NCBI GenBank assembly: GCA_965662715.1
Contig: CBFIIS010000004.1
Coordinates: forward strand, 1-58,511
From: Candidatus Poseidoniaceae archaeon
GTDB taxonomy: Archaea; Thermoplasmatota; Poseidoniia; Poseidoniales; Poseidoniaceae
Reading direction: 5' to 3'
DNA: 58,511 nt
The position numbers were made by a program, and so were the translations under genes. A model generated the notes under the pieces. It ran no database searches. It saw only the letters and a program-made list of their open reading frames with translations, and was not told the origin of the DNA. Positions 8,656 to 17,205 of the stretch are shown here, piece after piece; position 1 is the first letter of the stretch, and each line of letters begins with the position of its first letter.

Positions 8656-11325
8656 TCACTCAGATGTGGCGAGCTGTCGAAGTACAGTGTGGAGGATTCC
8701 GCCGTTTCGATAGTACTCAACTTCGACAGGTGTGTCAAGTCGGACTTGAGCAGAGAACGTCATGGTTGTGCCATCTGTGCGGGTTGCGGTCACTTCGATC
8801 ATCTGAAGCGGTTCGACATCATCGCCGATTGGGATGGTGAATGTTTCCGTCCCATCAAGGCCGAGGCTTTCATGAGATTCCCCTTCCATGAAGGTCATTG
8901 GAAGGACACCCATGCCGACAAGATTCGACCGGTGAATTCGTTCGAATGATGTGGCGATGACTGCGCCAACACCTAGCAAGTATGTGCCTTTTGCAGCCCA
9001 GTCCCGTGAAGAACCGGTTCCATATTGACTCCCTGCAAGAACGACTTTTGGTCCATCGTAACTTTGTGCTGCGTCATAGACAGAGACGATTTCTCCCGTG
9101 GTGAAATCACGAGCAAAACCACCTTCGGTTCCTGGAGCCATTTGATTTCGAATCCGCACATTAGCAAAGGTGCCCCGCATCATCACTTCGTGGTTTCCAC
9201 GGCGACTGCCAAAGGAATTGAAATCTGTTTGTTGAATGCCGCGCTCAATCAACCATGTGCCTGCTGGACCATCCGCAGGGAACGCACCCGCAGGCGAAAT
9301 GTGATCTGTCGTGATCGAATCGCCCAACTTAAGCAAGACTTTGGCATCATCAATGCTTGTGATTGGTTGAGGTTCTGCTGAGAGTCCCGAAAAGAATGTT
9401 GGAAGGCGAATATAGGTCGATTCTGGCGCCCAAGGATAGAGTGGACTTGCCTCGGACGGAATGCTGTCCCAGCGAGGTTCATTCATTGCATCAGCGTAGC
9501 GTTGACGGAACATCTCAGGTGTAATGACGGCAAGAGCTTCTGCGAGTTCCTCATCACTCGGCCAGAGTTCACTCAACATCACAGGCTTTCCTTCCGGCGT
9601 GTAGCCCACGGGTTGGGTGGAAAGATCCACTTCCAATGAACCCGCCAAAGCATAAGCAACCACCAAGGGTGGGCTTGCGAGGTAAGATGCCTTGACTTTA
9701 CCATGGACTCGACCTTCGAAGTTTCTGTTGCCTGAAATTACAGAACCGACGATGAGACCTGCTTCATCAATAGCAGCCTCGATTTGCTCAGGAATTGGCC
9801 CTGAGTTTCCAATGCATGTGGTGCATCCGTACCCAACGACGTTGAACCCGAGTGCGTTCAAGTCCTCTTGAAGCCCCGATGCCTCGTAGTACTCTGTGAC
9901 CACACGGGAGCCGGGCGCAAGGGAGGTTTTGACCCATGGCTTGACTTCAAGACCGTGCTTTCGTGCATTTCGTGCCAAGAGGCCAGCAGCCAACATGACG
10001 CCTGGATTCGAAGTGTTGGTGCAACTTGTGATGGCCGCAATGACAACATCTCCATGATTCAAATCGTATGTTTTTCCATCGCGCTCAACAATTGCACCTT
10101 TGGACAAATCCTCGGTAGCTAAACCATGGCCATGATGGCCAAGTTCGTGGGTTAATGACTCAAGGAAATGAGATTTCATATTCGATAGGTCGACCCGATC
10201 TTGTGGTCGCTTGGGACCTGCCAATGCTGGTTGCACAGAGGTCAAATCAAGTTCTAACGTAGCCGTATATGACTTCTCAGCTGCACCTGCTTCAAACCAC
10301 AAACCTTGGGCGCGAGCATAGGCTTCAACGCCGGCGATGGCGTCGTCTTCACGCCCACTTAGGCGCATGTAATCCAGTGTTCGCTCGTCGACAGGGAAGA
10401 ACCCGCATGTGGCACCGTACTCAGGGGCCATGTTGGCAATGGTTGCTCGGTCGGCAAGCGTTAATGCTGCCATGCCGCTTCCGAAGAATTCTACAAATTT
10501 CCCGACCACACCGTGCTCACGTAACATTTCGACAATTCGTAAGGTCATATCTGTTGCAGTGACGCCTGGGTTGAGGCTCCCAGTCAACCGTACGCCGACA
10601 ACATCTGGTGCAAGCATGTAAATTGGTTGTCCGAGCATGACGGCTTCTGCTTCAATGCCTCCAACACCCCAACCAAGCACGCCTAAGCCGTTGATCATGG
10701 TGGTGTGAGAATCAGTGCCCACAAGAGTATCTGCAAGCCAAACGCCTTCTTCTTGGCGAGCGACGCTCGCAAGGTATTCGAGGTTGACTTGGTGAACAAT
10801 TCCGCGAGAGGGGGGTACGGCTTGGAAATTCGCCAAGGATTGTTGACCCCACTTCAAGAAGGTGTACCGCTCCATATTTCGGTGGTATTCAATGTCGAGG
10901 TTCAGATCGAGTGCTGCGCTGTTCGAACCATCAATATCGACCTGAACGGAGTGGTCAATGACCAAATCAACGGGGACTTGTGGATTGACTTTTTCTGGGT
11001 CGCCGCCCATTTCCACCATTGCGTCTCTTAATGCTGCAAGATCAACCACGGCTGGAACGCCAGTAAAGTCTTGAAGAATCACCCGTGATGGTCGGAATGG
11101 TATTTCTCCACGCTCCCCATTTGGCGTCCAACCTGCAATATTTCGGATGTCTTTTTCGCTGACAAGAAAGCCATCATTTCCGCGCAGTGCCCCTTCGAGA
11201 AGGATTCGAATGGAATAGGGGAGGGTGGATGTATCAATGCCGTGTTCGTCAAGGCCAGCCAGCGCGTAATACTCGCCACCAACTGAAAGAGTTCTGCGTG
11301 CATTGAAAGGGTCCAAGGTCGCCAT
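8656..11325 (-). CDS. acnA: Aconitate hydratase (monomeric AcnA/IRP type)
   Basis: Full-length match to aconitase hallmarks: ILLEGALR, DSHTTMINGLGVLGWGVGGIEAEA, and the Fe-S Cys motifs ITSCTNTSNP and GCTTCIGNSG. The ATG at 11325 (MATLDPFNARR) is preferred over the TTG at 11337. Confidence 0.95.
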   Translation of the reverse strand: MATLDPFNARRTLSVGGEYYALAGLDEHGIDTSTLPYSIRILLEGALRGNDGFLVSEKDIRNIAGWTPNGERGEIPFRPSRVILQDFTGVPAVVDLAALRDAMVEMGGDPEKVNPQVPVDLVIDHSVQVDIDGSNSAALDLNLDIEYHRNMERYTFLKWGQQSLANFQAVPPSRGIVHQVNLEYLASVARQEEGVWLADTLVGTDSHTTMINGLGVLGWGVGGIEAEAVMLGQPIYMLAPDVVGVRLTGSLNPGVTATDMTLRIVEMLREHGVVGKFVEFFGSGMAALTLADRATIANMAPEYGATCGFFPVDERTLDYMRLSGREDDAIAGVEAYARAQGLWFEAGAAEKSYTATLELDLTSVQPALAGPKRPQDRVDLSNMKSHFLESLTHELGHHGHGLATEDLSKGAIVERDGKTYDLNHGDVVIAAITSCTNTSNPGVMLAAGLLARNARKHGLEVKPWVKTSLAPGSRVVTEYYEASGLQEDLNALGFNVVGYGCTTCIGNSGPIPEQIEAAIDEAGLIVGSVISGNRNFEGRVHGKVKASYLASPPLVVAYALAGSLEVDLSTQPVGYTPEGKPVMLSELWPSDEELAEALAVITPEMFRQRYADAMNEPRWDSIPSEASPLYPWAPESTYIRLPTFFSGLSAEPQPITSIDDAKVLLKLGDSITTDHISPAGAFPADGPAGTWLIERGIQQTDFNSFGSRRGNHEVMMRGTFANVRIRNQMAPGTEGGFARDFTTGEIVSVYDAAQSYDGPKVVLAGSQYGTGSSRDWAAKGTYLLGVGAVIATSFERIHRSNLVGMGVLPMTFMEGESHESLGLDGTETFTIPIGDDVEPLQMIEVTATRTDGTTMTFSAQVRLDTPVEVEYYRNGGILHTVLRQLATSE

Positions 11326-11409
11326 GGTGTAACCCAATTGGCACTAATCTATGAACAAAACCCTTGACAAGGCTCGTACGGTGGAGCATCAATTGTGAAC
11401 CAATGCAGT

Positions 11410-12480
11410 TCACCAGAACTGCCACCAAGCGTCAGAAGAACTGCCACTAAACGATGCGTCGACTAAAGTGACAGGGTTCACAGGATCGCTGCCTTGTGAG
11501 CCACCTGTTTCAACCGCATCGATCTTGTCGACGACATCTTGGCCACCAATGACCTTGCCGAACACGGTGTGAACGCCATCCAAATGGGATGGTGTCGAAT
11601 CCGGAGAGACGATGAAGAACTGTGAACCTCCAGTGTGTGCGTTGCTGGTTTTCGCCATGGAGAGCATGTAAGGTGCGTGCCTCAGACCGTTGTCCGCCTC
11701 ATCACCAATGGTCCAAGAGGTTTTGGCGCATGATGAGGATGAACTCGTAGCTTGACCGTTGCAGTACCCGTCCCAAATTGCAGCGTGACCACCTGTGCCA
11801 TCGCCGTTGGTGAAGTCGCCTCCTTGCAGCATGAAGCCTTCGATGATTCGATGGTAAATGGTGTCGTCATAGGATCCATCACGAACGAGTTCCTTGAAAT
11901 TCTCCACGTGTGTAGGTGCTTCTTCGCTGTAGAGTTCAATGGTGATTTCTCCAGTTTCAAAAGTGCCGTCAGCATTGGTCCACGACATCTCAAAGACGAC
12001 GTGTTCACCGTCAGCCTGAGGTGCGCTGAGTGCTGAAACACCAGCGAGAATCAACAGGAGTGCGGCTCCGAATGCAAACACTCCAGCAACGGTTGGGGTT
12101 CCGTCCTTGATCAACGGCGGGAATGCGGTTTCAGAAATCCCTGCATCTTGCATTGCATTTCGCAGGTTGTTGTACATGGTACCCGTTCGCTTGTCCTTTG
12201 GATTTCCTTTGAGTGAATCACGGAACAAACTTGCAGCATTACGATAATCTGATTTTGAACGAGTGTCCTTTGCTTTCGCCCATGTAGCCTCGCCCGCAAT
12301 TCTCAGGGTTGTTGGATGTTCACCTGATGGATCGATGTTTCTCAATGATTCAAGAGCGCCTTCATACTTGCCTTTAGCCAGTGATTTTTCCGCCTTGTCC
12401 CACACTGATTTGCGCTTGTCAGCTTCGGTCATTTTGCTGTCGGCCATACCTCTTCCGAGGTGCCAATCTTTTTTGAGCAT
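11410..12480 (-). CDS. Membrane-anchored cyclophilin-type peptidyl-prolyl cis-trans isomerase with an N-terminal helical (TPR-like) cytoplasmic domain
   Basis: Cyclophilin motifs HVENFKELV, YHRIIEGFMLQGGDFTNGDGTGG and MAKTSNAHTGGSQFFIV. An internal TM (VAGVFAFGAALLLILAGVSAL) separates a roughly 125-aa Lys-rich N-domain from the PPIase domain. An alternative start is the ATG at 12447. Confidence 0.85.
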   Translation of the reverse strand: MLKKDWHLGRGMADSKMTEADKRKSVWDKAEKSLAKGKYEGALESLRNIDPSGEHPTTLRIAGEATWAKAKDTRSKSDYRNAASLFRDSLKGNPKDKRTGTMYNNLRNAMQDAGISETAFPPLIKDGTPTVAGVFAFGAALLLILAGVSALSAPQADGEHVVFEMSWTNADGTFETGEITIELYSEEAPTHVENFKELVRDGSYDDTIYHRIIEGFMLQGGDFTNGDGTGGHAAIWDGYCNGQATSSSSSCAKTSWTIGDEADNGLRHAPYMLSMAKTSNAHTGGSQFFIVSPDSTPSHLDGVHTVFGKVIGGQDVVDKIDAVETGGSQGSDPVNPVTLVDASFSGSSSDAWWQFW

Positions 12481-12621
12481 CACGGCTCAACTGAACGGTC
12501 TTCATCACCTCCAAATCTGGGCAAATTTAGGGAGAGCCACATCAACATGTTCAAAGAGTGCATGCTGAACCCGAGCCTATACAGCCCTCACTGAAGTGAG
12601 TCGGCTCTGAGGGAACACACA

Positions 12622-14409
12622 ATGGAAACCATTGCCAACGATTACACCATCAACATCGCAACCGCAAACGGAACTGGCTCCCAATCCGCCAACCTCATCC
12701 TGCTTCAATCTCTTTTTGAGATGGGCGTTCCCGTCAGCGGAAAGAACCTGTTTCCTTCCAACATTTCGGGATTACCGACATGGTATATCGTTCGACTTTC
12801 AGACCATGGCTACCAAGCTCCGGGCGATCGAACCCACATTCAAGTCTTGGTCAACCCAGCCACATGGGACGAAGATCTCGCTGCGCTCGAACCTGGAACC
12901 GTTGTTATTTGGAACGAAAATTCAAAGATGGAAATGACCCGTGATGACGTGATCTCCTACCCTGTTCCAATGATGGGACTCGCTCGGAAAATCAATCCTA
13001 AAATCGCAAAGCTCGTCACCAACATCATCTATGTTGGCGTGCTTGCAGAAATGCTCGGGATTGATCAGGCAGCGTTAGAAGACGCAGTGGCAAAGCAATT
13101 CAAAGGCAAGGAGAGTGCGATTGAACTCAATATTACTGCCTTGGGACTTGGTCGTGACTACTTCAAAGACAACTTCACCAAAGAGGATCCATATGTTGTC
13201 GAAGCAAGGGAAATTGAAACACCCAAGTTCTTCATTGATGGCAACGAAGCAGCCGCTCTCGGTTCCATCTTTGGCGGCGTCCAGATGTTGGCTTGGTACC
13301 CAATTACTCCATCATCATCTCTTGCTGAAGGCATTATCAATTACATTCCACAATTACGTGTGGATGATGAAGGAAACGCCACATGCGCCGTCATTCAAGC
13401 AGAAGACGAATTGGCAGCAGCAGGTATGGTTCTCGGCGCTGGTTGGGCTGGCGGTCGAGGTATGACCGCAACCTCGGGCCCAGGTATTTCGCTGATGCAA
13501 GAATTCATTGGTTTGGGCTACTTTGCAGAAATTCCGTCTGTGTTTTGGGACGTCAACCGGGTGGGTCCATCAACAGGTCTTCCGACACGAACACAACAAT
13601 CCGATATCACGCTCCTCTACGAAGGAAGCCATGGCGATACGCAACACATCGTACTCATTCCCGGCACGGTCGAGGAATGTTTCGAATTTGGATGGAGAGC
13701 ATTTGACATCACTGAACGCTTCCAAACCCCAGTCTTTGGACTCAGTGACCTCGACCTTGGAATGAACCGGTGGGCCTGTGAAGGATTCACTTATCCAGAC
13801 AAGCCAATGGATCGAGGCAAGGTTGTCCGGGACAGGGATGTGTTCGAAGCTTTCGAAGAATTCGGTCGATACCTCGACGTTGATGGCGATGGCGTGCCTT
13901 ACCGAACCCTTCCGGGATCGGGCTTGGACCCAATCCTCTACAGAGGTACTGGCCACAATCCAAAGGGCGTTTATTCAGAAAAGCCAGAGGATTACTTCAA
14001 CCTCATGGAGCGATTGAAGAACAAGATTGACGGGGCAAGAGACCAGCTACCCGCACCAATACTACGGGAAGAAACAGAATGTGAGGTTGGTATCATTTAC
14101 CTTGGAAGTATGGAAAACACCATTCAAGAAATCGACGACATGTTGGAAACAACTGGGCTCAAGGTGAGTCAATGCCGAGTTCGTGCACTTCCGCTCCACA
14201 GTGGCGTAGAAGACTTCATTCGTCGACACGAGACCACGATTGTACTCGAGATTAATCGTGACGGCCAACTCTATGGCATTCTCCGAAAGGAATTACCAAA
14301 TGATTTGATCACCAAGGTTCATTCCGTTGCATACAGCGATGGTATGCCACCTCGGGCTCGCATCTATGCGGACCAAATCCTAGCCACCCTTGAGGAGGTG
14401 AACCAATGA
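12622..14409 (+). CDS. 2-oxoacid:ferredoxin oxidoreductase, alpha subunit (fused gamma-alpha type)
   Basis: 595 aa. The N-terminal gamma-like domain (INIATANGTGSQSAN) is fused to an alpha domain (YPITPSS, GAGWAGGRGMTATSGPGISLM). Its stop overlaps the beta-subunit start (ATGA at 14406-14409). Confidence 0.9.
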   Translation: METIANDYTINIATANGTGSQSANLILLQSLFEMGVPVSGKNLFPSNISGLPTWYIVRLSDHGYQAPGDRTHIQVLVNPATWDEDLAALEPGTVVIWNENSKMEMTRDDVISYPVPMMGLARKINPKIAKLVTNIIYVGVLAEMLGIDQAALEDAVAKQFKGKESAIELNITALGLGRDYFKDNFTKEDPYVVEAREIETPKFFIDGNEAAALGSIFGGVQMLAWYPITPSSSLAEGIINYIPQLRVDDEGNATCAVIQAEDELAAAGMVLGAGWAGGRGMTATSGPGISLMQEFIGLGYFAEIPSVFWDVNRVGPSTGLPTRTQQSDITLLYEGSHGDTQHIVLIPGTVEECFEFGWRAFDITERFQTPVFGLSDLDLGMNRWACEGFTYPDKPMDRGKVVRDRDVFEAFEEFGRYLDVDGDGVPYRTLPGSGLDPILYRGTGHNPKGVYSEKPEDYFNLMERLKNKIDGARDQLPAPILREETECEVGIIYLGSMENTIQEIDDMLETTGLKVSQCRVRALPLHSGVEDFIRRHETTIVLEINRDGQLYGILRKELPNDLITKVHSVAYSDGMPPRARIYADQILATLEEVNQ

Positions 14410-15461
14410 GCGACCGACCTGCACGACCCGCCCGAGCTGTGAAACTGAATGTCATCAATGAACCAAAGGACAGTTACACAGGAGGAAAGTCCTCGCTCTG
14501 TCCCGGTTGTGGCCACGATCAGATTTCAAACGTCATCATCGCAGCCGCATGGGAAAACGGAATCGAACCTCATCGCATCGCAAAGATGTCAGGCATCGGT
14601 TGTTCCTCAAAGACGCCAGCGTACTACCTTGGACAGTCACACGGATTCAACACGGTTCACGGACGAATGCCTTCGGTCACCACCGGTGCCTACGCCATCA
14701 ACAAAGACTTGCTCTACCTCGGTGTATCCGGTGATGGCGACTCTGCATCCATTGGAATCGGTCAACTGATTCACGCTATTCGCCGAAACATGGACATGGT
14801 CTACATTGTCGAAAACAACGGTGTCTACGGACTGACAAAGGGTCAATATTCTGCAACAGCAGATGTGGGCTCGAAGAAGAAGAAAGGAAAGGCAAACACC
14901 ACACAGCCAATTGATTTGTGCGCTCTAGCCATCAATCTCGGATGCACATTTGTCGCTCGCTCCTTCTCTGGTTCGAAAAAGCAACTGACATCCCTTCTCA
15001 AGGCAGCTATGTCGCACAAAGGCTTCGCCCTCATCGATGTCATCAGCCCGTGTGTTACCTTCAACAACAACGATGAATCCATGCGCTCCTACGGCTATGT
15101 CAAAGAGAATGAAATCACACTCCATATGGCAGATTACATCCCTCACTTCAACCCAGTTGAAGAGATTGAAGTTCCCGAAGGGCATTTCCGAGACATTGAA
15201 CTTCATGATGGCTCAACCATCCGCTTGGAAACCATCTCAGCAGAGCATGACCCTGGAAATGCAGTGGCTGCACTCACTGCCCTTCATGAGGCTGAATCAA
15301 GCCAAAAACACGTCACTGGGCTGTTGTATTTCGACAATTCAAAACCTGCATTGGCTGAAGATTTGGGTCTTGTGGATACACCGCTGATCGATATTCCAGA
15401 TGAAGAACTCCGACCAAGCAAAGCCATTCTTGATGAACTCAACGCCGCATTGCTTGGCTGA
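14406..15461 (+). CDS. 2-oxoacid:ferredoxin oxidoreductase, beta (TPP-binding) subunit
   Basis: CPGCGHD motif, TPP-binding GVSGDGDSASIG...ENNGVYGLTKGQ, and a GGAGGTG Shine-Dalgarno-like box 5 nt upstream. Translationally coupled to the alpha subunit. Confidence 0.9.
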   Translation: MSDRPARPARAVKLNVINEPKDSYTGGKSSLCPGCGHDQISNVIIAAAWENGIEPHRIAKMSGIGCSSKTPAYYLGQSHGFNTVHGRMPSVTTGAYAINKDLLYLGVSGDGDSASIGIGQLIHAIRRNMDMVYIVENNGVYGLTKGQYSATADVGSKKKKGKANTTQPIDLCALAINLGCTFVARSFSGSKKQLTSLLKAAMSHKGFALIDVISPCVTFNNNDESMRSYGYVKENEITLHMADYIPHFNPVEEIEVPEGHFRDIELHDGSTIRLETISAEHDPGNAVAALTALHEAESSQKHVTGLLYFDNSKPALAEDLGLVDTPLIDIPDEELRPSKAILDELNAALLG

Positions 15462-15513
15462 GGTTGAGGTATCGCCGAATCTCCAATAAAGGAGTGGGAG
15501 GGATGGCACCTCG

Positions 15514-16407
15514 ATGAGCACCATCGCAATCGCCTTGGTTTGCATAGCACTGCTTGGCATGTTTGTTGTTGGCATTCGTCTAAGAAAGTCCCGCCAACAC
15601 CGAGAACTTTTGGCGGCCCGTCGGGCGAAATACAATCCTCATTTCGAACAACGACGACGTCACGTACAGAATATTCGTGGACGCCAAGTAGAGGACTTGG
15701 ACGAAGACGAAATCATCGCCTACCAACAAAGAGACGTGGCTCGAAATCAAAACATCCAATTCCTGAGATTGATTGTTTCCGACCTCTTCGATGAAGAGGA
15801 ACTCGAACCCGAACAAGAAGAAGAGCAGCGTGAGGAACTGTTGGTCGAACGGCAATCATGGATTGAAGAGAACCAGGAAGGTTTGAACGAGCACGCAGCG
15901 CTTGTTGAAGAAGAGGAAATTGGCAGCGGTGTCACTGTGATTGAAACAATTACTCCTGAAGAAGACGACATCGAAGAACGGCTCGAGCGAGAAGGTGGCA
16001 AAGCCGGTGAAGTGCAACTCTCCCTTGCATGGGATGATTACAACGATCTCGACATGCACGTGTTTTGCCCATCTGGCGAACGTATTTACTTCAACAACAA
16101 GAAGAGTGAATGTGGTGGAGAATTGGACGTCGACATGAACGTGCGTCCTGTCAGCAACAATCCTGTCGAGAATGTGGTCTGGACCGGTGAAGCACCGCCC
16201 GGAAAATACAAGATTGGCGTTCACTTCTACAAGCACCATCGTAAACGACGCACAAAGAAGACCACCACCTTCAGATTGCGAGTGATGGTTCATGGAAGGT
16301 CAAGAGATTACAGCGGTACCATCACTTCTGGAAGTGCCATGCAGATGGTCACAAGTTTCACACTCAAACCCAACAGTTCAGAATCGGGTAAATCCATACC
16401 GATTTGA
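15514..16407 (+). CDS. N-terminally membrane-anchored protein with a Glu-rich coiled region and a C-terminal DUF2135/YfaP-like beta domain
   Basis: TM MSTIAIALVCIALLGMFVVGI followed by basic residues, then a long E-rich segment. The C-terminal motif string is LSLAWDD.NDLDMHVFCPSGERIYFNNK...GGELDVDMN...PVENVVW...PPGKYKIGVHFYKHH. Confidence 0.65.
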   Translation: MSTIAIALVCIALLGMFVVGIRLRKSRQHRELLAARRAKYNPHFEQRRRHVQNIRGRQVEDLDEDEIIAYQQRDVARNQNIQFLRLIVSDLFDEEELEPEQEEEQREELLVERQSWIEENQEGLNEHAALVEEEEIGSGVTVIETITPEEDDIEERLEREGGKAGEVQLSLAWDDYNDLDMHVFCPSGERIYFNNKKSECGGELDVDMNVRPVSNNPVENVVWTGEAPPGKYKIGVHFYKHHRKRRTKKTTTFRLRVMVHGRSRDYSGTITSGSAMQMVTSFTLKPNSSESGKSIPI

Positions 16408-16408
16408 C

Positions 16409-16729
16409 TTAGAATTTCTGTCCACGAATGAAGCGGGTAAAACGGAGAAAGAGCCCTATGTTTGGTTTTTCTTCAAGGCCAAGCCGCCAGTCCAGTTCAT
16501 TGGCTTGATCGTACTTCAAAAGGTCATCAAAACCACCGATCCATGTGTCATCGATGAAAATTTGAGGAACCGATTTACTCCCATTGGTTCGAATCAGAAA
16601 TTCTCGGTCCATCCGTGCTGAGGAACCGAGCTTCTTTTCCTCATAGACAACCCCCTTTCTGTCAAAAAGACGCTTAGCGCTGACGCAAGCCCCACACCCT
16701 TTGTTGGTGTAAAGTTCGACTTTCGCCAT
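16409..16729 (-). CDS. Glutaredoxin-like protein (CGAC active site)
   Basis: VELYTNKGCGACVSAKRLF...SVPQIFIDDTWIGGFDDL is the classic thioredoxin-fold Grx pattern (CxxC, cis-Pro VP, GG[FC]DD). Confidence 0.8.
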   Translation of the reverse strand: MAKVELYTNKGCGACVSAKRLFDRKGVVYEEKKLGSSARMDREFLIRTNGSKSVPQIFIDDTWIGGFDDLLKYDQANELDWRLGLEEKPNIGLFLRFTRFIRGQKF

Positions 16730-16776
16730 ACCATCCCCAACACATGTATGACTTCAACCTCACTGGAGATGAGCGG

Positions 16777-16852
16777 TGGTAGTCCCTCTCGGATTTGAAC
16801 CGAGGTCGGAGGAACCAGAATCCTCCATGATGGACCGCTACACTAAGGGACT
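16777..16852 (-). tRNA. tRNA-Gln (anticodon CUG), with CCA encoded
   Basis: Hand-folded from AGTCCCTTAGTGTAGCGGTCCATCATGGAGGATTCTGGTTCCTCCGACCTCGGTTCAAATCCGAGAGGGACTACCA. 7-bp acceptor stem (AGTCCCT/AGGGACT), anticodon stem GAGGA/TCCTC, loop TTCTGGT, T arm CTCGG-TTCAAAT-CCGAG, discriminator A. Confidence 0.9.
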
Positions 16853-16922
16853 GTTGTTTTGGCGAATCGCCTTTCCCTCTTCAATTCAGCGGTTCAATGA
16901 AGTGGTGTCAACAGTGGCCTTA

Positions 16923-17120
16923 TCATTCGATGCTGACGAAGCGAAACAAGACCTTTGATACCGCGCTGAGCATGAGAATAATCATGAAGGAACCAAGTGC
17001 CCATTTGGCCCAAGGTCGTTCTTTCTTTTCAGGTGGCCAAGGATCGATGCCGAGGCGCTCTGCCTCGCGAACGAGTTCCGCTAATTCAGCGAGTTCTTCT
17101 TCCACGGATTGCGCCGCCAT
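16923..17120 (-). CDS. Possible small (65 aa) tail-anchored protein
   Basis: ATG at 17120. The sequence MAAQSVEEELAELAELVREAERLGIDPWPPEKKERPWAKWALGSFMIILMLSAVSKVLF has an amphipathic helix plus a C-terminal TM. It is the only protein-like part of the 209-aa track ORF and fits the gap between tRNA-Gln and the NUDIX gene. Confidence 0.3.
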   Translation of the reverse strand: MAAQSVEEELAELAELVREAERLGIDPWPPEKKERPWAKWALGSFMIILMLSAVSKVLFRFVSIE

Positions 17121-17205
17121 GGATTTTCCACTGCACACCGCTACAAGACCTTCACGCTTCCGCGAGTATGCAAAGCCTTGAAGCCGGGGCGTTCGAGCCC
17201 AATTC

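Noticed and set aside
16730-16922. A tRNA-linked integrated element or genomic island at tRNA-Gln or tRNA-Phe
   Set aside because: I found no integrase, no recognisable direct repeat of a tRNA 3' end, and no phage or plasmid genes. The flanking genes are ordinary chromosomal genes.
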